Below the pieces are notes generated by a model, which ran no database searches, was not told the DNA's origin, and saw only the letters and a program-made list of their open reading frames with translations. A stretch of DNA of 64,000 nt. It comes from an uncultured virus (IMG/VR IMGVR_UViG_3300021399_000146) (lineage: Duplodnaviria; Heunggongvirae; Uroviricota; Caudoviricetes). The stretch lies in IMG/VR virus record IMGVR_UViG_3300021399_000146. One strand, given 5' to 3'. Below, in pieces: positions 59,107 through 64,000 of the stretch. A program made the position numbers and the translations under genes. Position 1 is the stretch's first letter. Each line of letters opens with the position of its first letter.

Positions 59107-59180
59107 TGGTTAGGGCAGTGGGGTTCGAACCCACGATGACAGAGTCAAAGTCTGTTGCCTTGCCACTTGGCTATACCCTA
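59107..59180 (-). tRNA. tRNA-Gln (TTG)
   Basis: Cloverleaf, ACAGA-CT-TTG-AC-TCTGT anticodon arm, encoded CCA. Confidence 0.92.
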
Positions 59181-59333
59181 ATATATAATACTGTATTCAT
59201 TCTCATGTTAATAATATATATTTGAAAAAAGAAAAAGAATTGTGGGGGGCATAAAGCCCCCAAGGTAAATGATGAAACTATTTGTAGAACGTCGGAGGTC
59301 CACCAATGGATCCTAACCAAGGTGGGCCATATA

Positions 59334-59516
59334 TAAAACCGCTCATGAGAATAATGGTGGCAGTGTATAGTTTGCCCAGCGCCTCCGTGTTAAACGCAGT
59401 ATCCTGTTCCCGATACCATCGGCTTTAATGTTTAACTACAACCGGGGAGTGTCTTTTAAAATAATTATCAATTATTCAATGAAGTAACACTACCGTCTGC
59501 TTCATGAGCGGTTTTA
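59334..59516 (-). ncRNA. Y-RNA-like element Y1 (no tRNA domain seen)
   Basis: 15-bp terminal stem, GAAGCAG-ACGGTAGTGT-TACTTC ... ACACTGCCACCATTATTCTC; starts 8 nt after the Ro60 stop. Confidence 0.75.
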
Positions 59517-59523
59517 AACTTAT

Positions 59524-61248
59524 TTAATTTTTGGGAGACTCATGAGGAGAAGTGCTCTTCCACTCTATGTTATCCCACTGCTTGATGTATTCGTGTGCAA
59601 AGAGTATCTCTTTGCCAGTCCATCCTGTAAGCATTGCACATCTGTATGTCATCTGAGGAACTACGACGTTGTCATATCCCGCAGTCTGAACAGAGAATAC
59701 ATTGAGCTTTGGGTTAACCTTCTTACGGTAATCAAGTATAAGCTTGTATACATTGATCATACCGCGAAGGTCTACTTGTCTATCCCTTCCCCATACTTTG
59801 TATGTCCAACGTGAACGCTGTCCATACTTATAACTGAACTCATCTATGTATTCCCTCTGATCCTTGCCGGTTCCATACAGACCACCACAGCCTGCTTGCA
59901 TGTCAGAGAATATGAACAAGTTGTCAACCCATACATGATTCTCGATAGCATTCTTGAACCATTTCCAGATTCCTCCTTCGGTCTGACCACCGATATCAGA
60001 ATAATGGTCGGCATCGATTTCTGATGCCTGTTTGAGAACACCATTTCTGTGTGAAACAGGAAACTCTTTGTAGTTGTCACCGAACTTGACAACGTAGCCC
60101 TCATCTGAACACTGCGCTGCAATGACAGATGACAGATTGTCGATATGCGCTACTGTGGTAGAACCGTATTCACTTGTCAGTGCACCCCAAGCGGAGCCGG
60201 AGTTATCAGACAGAGATACGGTAACACCTTTGAGTTTAGGGAGGTTCTCGACTGCGGCATCGATACACTCCTCAAGACCGTCAAGTATAACAGGAAGATG
60301 ATGTACTTTACTCTCATTCTTGAGTCTGTTGTAAGCAGCCTCATATCTGAATGGGAACTGTTTTCCTTCCTTTACGCCATCCTTAAGATCAGCCATATAT
60401 GCCTTGCAGAATTCAATATCATCGATTTCTGTGAAGACATTCTTGATGTTCCTCAGGAGAGCCATGTGTCCCATCTTGGTAGTAGCAAGAATATCCTTCC
60501 AGCTCATACCACGAGACTTCTTCTGCTCCCATGTCTCATCCTCTTCTTTAACCTGAACCGTACCAGTCTTCATAAGTTCATCAAGAACCTCTGAATTAGC
60601 ATGAGTCAAGCGTACTGCATTGATCATACCAAGATCAGCATTCTTATACTTATTAACCTGATAACGGCCAAGATGAGAAAGCTTATCAGCTATACTCCTC
60701 TTGAGGATAGAAGGCATGTTGTTCTTCTTACCTTCGTTGATGAAGAGGTAATAAGAACACTGTGATGCAGGCTCATCAGCCCTCATCATAACCTGTGCAT
60801 TATATTCGTTGAACTTGCCAGGATTCTGGTCAGACCATTCTTTCCTTTTGGGATGAACGGCTGCACGAACCATGATTACCTGAGGATTCAACCTCATGTA
60901 GTAATCCTTTCTAAGCTCAACCGCAAGTTTCAGAGTTCCCTCAAAGTCATAGTCAAGAGCCTTGTCTATAACCTCCTGGAAGATCTCCGTTGTTGACTTC
61001 TTATCATAGTCTTTCGTGATGAGTTCATCATCTTCGAAAGTAGCATCTTCCTTCTCAAATGTTCCATCTGAGATGTTGTTTCTGTAATAGGAAGGCTCAC
61101 CAAAGATAGAAGAAGCAGCAACCATTTTGAGAGTATCGAGTGGATTAATCTTATAAGATTGACCTCCCATAAAGTTTGTCACTACTTCATCAGGCTTGAG
61201 TTTCTGATTATCAGTCATCTTCTTAGCCATGTCTGAAATTCTGCTCAT
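59524..61248 (-). CDS. rsr: TROVE-domain Ro60/Rsr-like RNA-binding protein
   Basis: N-terminal NFMGGQSY..SSIFGEPSYY, MRLNP, MALLRNI, KQFPFRY, vWA MIDAS DNSGS, GGQT, FSDMQ, LTGWT; 574 aa. Confidence 0.93.
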   Translation of the reverse strand: MSRISDMAKKMTDNQKLKPDEVVTNFMGGQSYKINPLDTLKMVAASSIFGEPSYYRNNISDGTFEKEDATFEDDELITKDYDKKSTTEIFQEVIDKALDYDFEGTLKLAVELRKDYYMRLNPQVIMVRAAVHPKRKEWSDQNPGKFNEYNAQVMMRADEPASQCSYYLFINEGKKNNMPSILKRSIADKLSHLGRYQVNKYKNADLGMINAVRLTHANSEVLDELMKTGTVQVKEEDETWEQKKSRGMSWKDILATTKMGHMALLRNIKNVFTEIDDIEFCKAYMADLKDGVKEGKQFPFRYEAAYNRLKNESKVHHLPVILDGLEECIDAAVENLPKLKGVTVSLSDNSGSAWGALTSEYGSTTVAHIDNLSSVIAAQCSDEGYVVKFGDNYKEFPVSHRNGVLKQASEIDADHYSDIGGQTEGGIWKWFKNAIENHVWVDNLFIFSDMQAGCGGLYGTGKDQREYIDEFSYKYGQRSRWTYKVWGRDRQVDLRGMINVYKLILDYRKKVNPKLNVFSVQTAGYDNVVVPQMTYRCAMLTGWTGKEILFAHEYIKQWDNIEWKSTSPHESPKN

Positions 61249-61294
61249 AACGTTTCCTCCTTTGAAAAAATATGTTATGGAATAATATATTAAA

Positions 61295-61418
61295 ATAGAC
61301 CCATAAGAATATTTATACTGTGTAAATTTTATATCCCGCGGAGACAGTTGCGGTCGCTAAACATTGTCAGCATTTTGGCGTCTCGAAGTAACAGCATAGG
61401 TCTGCATTATGGGTCTAT
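61295..61418 (-). ncRNA. Y-RNA-like element Y2 (no tRNA domain seen)
   Basis: Terminal stem ATAGACCCATAA/TTATGGGTCTAT, TGCAG..TTACTTC module, internal GAGAC/GTCTC stem. Confidence 0.75.
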
Positions 61419-61429
61419 AATAATAAGCG

Positions 61430-61579
61430 AACATGCATGAGAATATTGGTACGGCGTACATAACCCATCTTTTGGAAAGATGGGTCGTCAGGAATTGAAC
61501 CTGAAATGTAAGATTTGCAGTCTTATGTGTTTACCATATTTCACCACGAAGTATCCGTACCGACTGCATCATGCATGTT
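61430..61579 (-). ncRNA. Y-RNA-like element Y3 carrying D, anticodon (GCA, Cys) and T arms but no acceptor stem
   Basis: GATGCAG-TCGGTACGG-ATACTTC, D arm, TAAGA-CT-GCA-AA-TCTTA, CAGG-TTCAATT-CCTG, extra hairpin, CCGTACCAATATTCTC. Confidence 0.8.
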
Positions 61580-61606
61580 TTTAAAGGGATTGGGTAATAC
61601 AACCCT

Positions 61607-61684
61607 TGGTCTCACATACTTGATTTGAACAAGTGATCTTCCGGGTATGAACCGGACGCTCTGGGCCAACTAAGCTAATGTGAG
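61607..61684 (-). tRNA. tRNA-Met (CAT), elongator-like
   Basis: TCCGG-TT-CAT-AC-CCGGA arm, paired acceptor, CCA. Confidence 0.85.
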
Positions 61685-61688
61685 AATA

Positions 61689-61830
61689 GATATTATAACG
61701 AGAATAATGATAGGGTTTAATAAGCCAAACGCTCTAACCTATTGAGCTAATTTCCTAAGACAGGGAATAAAAGAATCGAACTTTCAACATTTTGGGAAGT
61801 AACCCATATCGACTGCTTCGTTATAATATC
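61689..61830 (-). ncRNA. Y-RNA-like element Y4, circularly permuted tRNA mimic
   Basis: 13-bp terminal stem, AGCAG..TTACTTC, then T arm (TTCGATT), loop-closed acceptor, D arm TAGCTCAATAGGTTAGAGC. Confidence 0.8.
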
Positions 61831-61832
61831 AT

Positions 61833-61908
61833 TGGTGGACCCGGATAGAATCGAACTATCGACACGTGGTTCTTCAGACCACTGCTCTACCAACTGAGCT
61901 ACAGATCC
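61833..61908 (-). tRNA. tRNA-Phe (GAA)
   Basis: GTGGT-CT-GAA-GA-ACCAC arm, CCA. Confidence 0.92.
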
Positions 61909-61913
61909 ATTTA

Positions 61914-62061
61914 AAACATAAACGAGAAAAATGCATTCGGGTTATGGTCTTACCAGTGACCGGCATAGCCCATAGGACTATGAAGAGATTCGAACTCTTG
62001 GATCGGTTTTAACGTGACATGTTAATCGAAGTAACCGAACGCTACTGCATCGTTTATGTTT
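61914..62061 (-). ncRNA. Y-RNA-like element Y5, circularly permuted, with Asp-like (GTC) anticodon hairpin
   Basis: GATGCAG..TTACTTC, TTAAC-AT-GTC-AC-GTTAA, AAGAG-TTCGAAT-CTCTT, CATAGTCC-TAT-GGGCTATG, GGTC-ACTGGTAA-GACC. Confidence 0.8.
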
Positions 62062-62064
62062 AAT

Positions 62065-62141
62065 TGGCGCCTAGTGTAGGACTTGAACCTACGACACACG
62101 GATTAACAGTCCGTCGCTACTGCCAACTGAGCTAACCAGGC
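62065..62141 (-). tRNA. tRNA-Asn (GTT)
   Basis: ACGGA-CT-GTT-AA-TCCGT arm, GCCA end. Confidence 0.92.
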
Positions 62142-62145
62142 GTAT

Positions 62146-62299
62146 TGGTGGGGGAGGACAGGATTCGAACCTGCGAAGCATAATGCACCGGATTTACAGT
62201 CCACGAATGAAGTATCCGTTACCGCTGCATCATCATTAGACGAGAATTATGTAACGGCGTCCTTGGTTCAGGCGCCTTTGGCCACTTGGCTACTCCCCC
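62146..62299 (-). ncRNA. Y6: tRNA-Tyr(GTA) scaffold with the Y module inserted between D and anticodon arms (YrlA-like)
   Basis: GGGGGAG acceptor, D arm, insert TTCTCGTC-TAAT-GATGATGCAG..ATACTTC, TGGA-CT-GTA-AA-TCCG, long variable arm, T arm, ACCA. Confidence 0.85.
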
Positions 62300-62312
62300 A
62301 TATTAATATAGA

Positions 62313-62429
62313 TATCAATTGCTCCTTTCACCCAGGAGGGACTCGAACCCTCGTCTTCTTTCATATGTTATATAACATACTACTCAACGCATTAACCTCT
62401 GTGCTACCAGACTGCGGGAGCAATTGATA
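62313..62429 (-). ncRNA. Atypical tRNA-like RNA, possible divergent Y RNA
   Basis: 13-bp terminal stem TATCAATTGCTCC/GGAGCAATTGATA, adjacent GCAG, D-arm-like TAGCACAGAGGTTAATGC, T arm GAGGG-TTCGAGT-CCCTC; no CCA, no TACTTC. Confidence 0.6.
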
Positions 62430-62431
62430 AT

Positions 62432-62570
62432 TGGGCCGGAATACAAGAATCGAACTTGTGACAAGGGGATTAACATTCCATGAAGTATCCGTTACCGCTG
62501 CATCATCATTAAATGAGAATATTGTAACAGTATATTTTCACCTACTCTAACCAACTGAGTTAATTCCGGC
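62432..62570 (-). ncRNA. Y7: tRNA-Asn-like scaffold with inserted Y module (YrlA-like)
   Basis: GCCGGAA/TTCCGGC acceptor and CCA, D arm, insert, residual GGA-AT-GTT-AA-TCC, T arm ACAAG-TTCGATT-CTTGT. Confidence 0.82.
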
Positions 62571-62574
62571 ATGT

Positions 62575-62714
62575 TGGGGCTGGATACATGACTCGAACAT
62601 GTGACACGGGCGGCCCTATCGCAACGAAGTAACTCATACTCCTGCATCATCGTTAGATGAGAAATAACGTACAAGTACATTTCTACCTGCTCTACCGACT
62701 GAGCTAATCCAGCC
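62575..62714 (-). ncRNA. Y8: tRNA scaffold with inserted Y module (YrlA-like), anticodon arm degenerate
   Basis: GGCTGGA/TCCAGCC acceptor and CCA, TAGCTCAGTCGGTAGAGC, TTCTCATC-TAAC-GATGATGCAG..TTACTTC, ACATG-TTCGAGT-CATGT. Confidence 0.82.
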
Positions 62715-62875
62715 ATAAATAAAGTAATATTTCTATTACTTTCTTCACGATAATAATATGTATTTCATTTTTATAAATAATAGAAATGAAATAATGATAA
62801 GATAGGAAGGGAATGGTACCACAAACGTGGTACCATTCAGGTGTTGTATAGATACAGTCCTGGGTGAGACTGTAT

Positions 62876-62950
62876 TGGTGACGCTACCGAGAATCGAACT
62901 CGGGACTCCTCCGTGAAAGGGAGATGTCTTAACCTCTTGACCATAGCGCC
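62876..62950 (-). tRNA. tRNA-Glu (TTC)
   Basis: TCTCC-CT-TTC-AC-GGAGG arm, CCA. Confidence 0.92.
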
Positions 62951-62959
62951 ATATAATAA

Positions 62960-63111
62960 AGCTTCATGAGAAAATCATAAATGGTTAAATGTGATAATGG
63001 GTGCTTATTTCAGCGTCTGCCAATTTCGCCATGTATGGAATTCCATACAGCAAGATTCGAACTCGCATGCGTCCTGTTATGAAGTAACCATCTACTCTGC
63101 ATCACAAAGCT
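62960..63111 (-). ncRNA. Y-RNA-like element Y9, circularly permuted with Leu-type D arm
   Basis: GATGCAG-AGTAGATGG-TTACTTC, GCGAG-TTCGAAT-CTTGC, TGTATGG-AATT-CCATACA, TGGCGAAATTGGCAGACGC, ..TTTTCTCATG. Confidence 0.8.
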
Positions 63112-63198
63112 AGATTATCAAAAGGGTGAGGCGGGTTTATGACCTCACCCTAGAAAGGATGGATGTTTCATGAAATGCTCCATATTCCATGAAACACT

Positions 63199-63284
63199 TG
63201 GTGGGAAGAGATGGAGTCGAACCACCCGAGTCTAAGACAGCAGATTTACAGTCTGCCCCGCTACCACTTACGGTATATCTTCCC
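63199..63284 (-). tRNA. tRNA-Tyr (GTA)
   Basis: GCAGA-CT-GTA-AA-TCTGC arm, long variable arm, ACCA. Confidence 0.92.
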
Positions 63285-63295
63285 ACATAAAACAT

Positions 63296-63390
63296 TACAA
63301 AGTATTCTATCAGACTCGAACTGATGACCTCTTGCACCATTCGGTGATCAAGCGCTCTAACCATCTGAGCTAAGCGTCCAATGCAATGTA
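63296..63390 (-). ncRNA. tRNA-like RNA or pseudo-tRNA with remodelled anticodon arm
   Basis: Canonical D arm TAGCTCAGATGGTTAGAGC and T arm ATCAG-TTCGAGT-CTGAT, but anticodon arm is CTTG-AT-CACC-GAAT-GGTG-CAAG, acceptor unpaired, no CCA. Confidence 0.6.
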
Positions 63391-63545
63391 TATGCCCATG
63401 ATGATGAAGAGGAGTACCACACCATGGCTGGCCCATATTATTTTTTAAGCACCGAGTATTCATATGACCTAGTCTAAAATGCATGTTTAGACATGTATGA
63501 TATATTCCAATCAAACGGTCGCTCCTCATGGCCATCCGTGCTGTC

Positions 63546-63621
63546 TGGTGAGCGTAATGGGACTTGAACCCATGGCCCTACGCTTAAAAGGCGTATGCTC
63601 TACCAGCTGAGCTATACGCTC
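63546..63621 (-). tRNA. tRNA-Lys (TTT)
   Basis: TACGC-CT-TTT-AA-GCGTA arm, ACCA. Confidence 0.93.
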
Positions 63622-63644
63622 ACGAATTAAGATATGAATGATAT

Positions 63645-63720
63645 TGGTGGAACATACGGGACTCGAACCTGTGATCCTCGAGTTATGAGCTCGATGCCTT
63701 ACCAACTTGGCCAATGTTCC
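63645..63720 (-). tRNA. tRNA with CAT anticodon (Met or Ile2)
   Basis: TCGAG-CT-CAT-AA-CTCGA arm, ACCA. Confidence 0.88.
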
Positions 63721-63722
63721 AA

Positions 63723-63799
63723 TGGTCCGGATGACAGGACTCGAACCTGCGGCATCTTGGTCCCAAACCAAGCACTCTGCCAAACTGAGTTACATCCGG
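63723..63799 (-). tRNA. tRNA-Pro (TGG)
   Basis: CTTGG-TT-TGG-GA-CCAAG arm, ACCA. Confidence 0.93.
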
Positions 63800-63807
63800 A
63801 TATAAAA

Positions 63808-63892
63808 TGGTGCTGCTTGTCGGATTTGAACCGACACGTCGTTAGACACAAGAACCTAAATCTTGCGCGTATGCCAATTTCGCCAAAGCAGC
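63808..63892 (-). tRNA. tRNA-Leu (TAG)
   Basis: CAAGA-TT-TAG-GT-TCTTG arm, long variable arm, ACCA. Confidence 0.93.
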
Positions 63893-64000
63893 ACATATCT
63901 ATCGATGATGTTCTTACATGACATCTATACAGGGATCATTGTCTATAGACTAATCCATTGTACGATTCTTACTTGAACTACCGTACCTAACTTGATTATC

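Noticed and set aside
62200..62275. Group I or archaeal-type intron in the interrupted tRNA-Tyr
   Set aside because: Insert is only ~65-70 nt, lacks a group I core, is not at the anticodon loop, and matches the module found free-standing in other elements.
62492..63921. ORFs 62492..62716, 63137..63535, 63526..63783, 63634..63921 and 63699..63896
   Set aside because: They overlap clear tRNA or Y-RNA-like genes and have no protein-like features.
1..64000. Alternative genetic code (stop-codon recoding) as in some gut jumbo phages
   Set aside because: Recognisable genes are full length in the standard bacterial code, and no suppressor tRNA is present.

Overview
AT-rich, gene-dense segment of what is most likely a jumbo phage of the phiKZ/AR9-like type, probably infecting a Firmicute (inferred from AGGAGG ribosome-binding sites and gene content). 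It encodes a split multisubunit RNA polymerase beta-N subunit, DnaB-like helicase, primase, NAD-dependent ligase, RecA/UvsX, SbcD-like nuclease, GroEL-like chaperonin, dCMP deaminase, a dNTP diphosphohydrolase, a kinase-fold protein, an ABC exporter and a block of probable virion proteins. The most striking locus (59.3-63.9 kb, minus strand) is a TROVE/Ro60 gene embedded in a tRNA cluster together with nine copies of a conserved Y-RNA-like module (A-[U/A]GCAG..[U/A]UACUUC paired with UUCU[C/U]). The module is grafted onto tRNA scaffolds in several topologies: inserted into whole CCA-ending tRNAs, circularly permuted, acceptor-less, or tRNA-free. Some copies keep Tyr, Asn, Asp or Cys anticodon loops. 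Two other unexplained systems stand out: a ~640-nt non-coding tract with 5-nt periodicity bounded by two similar hairpins (4.47-5.16 kb), and a family of Q/N/Y/G-rich prion-like proteins sharing SRR(N) and YGYGYAE motifs, one encoded next to the kinase. All protein calls come from motif recognition by eye; no database search was run.
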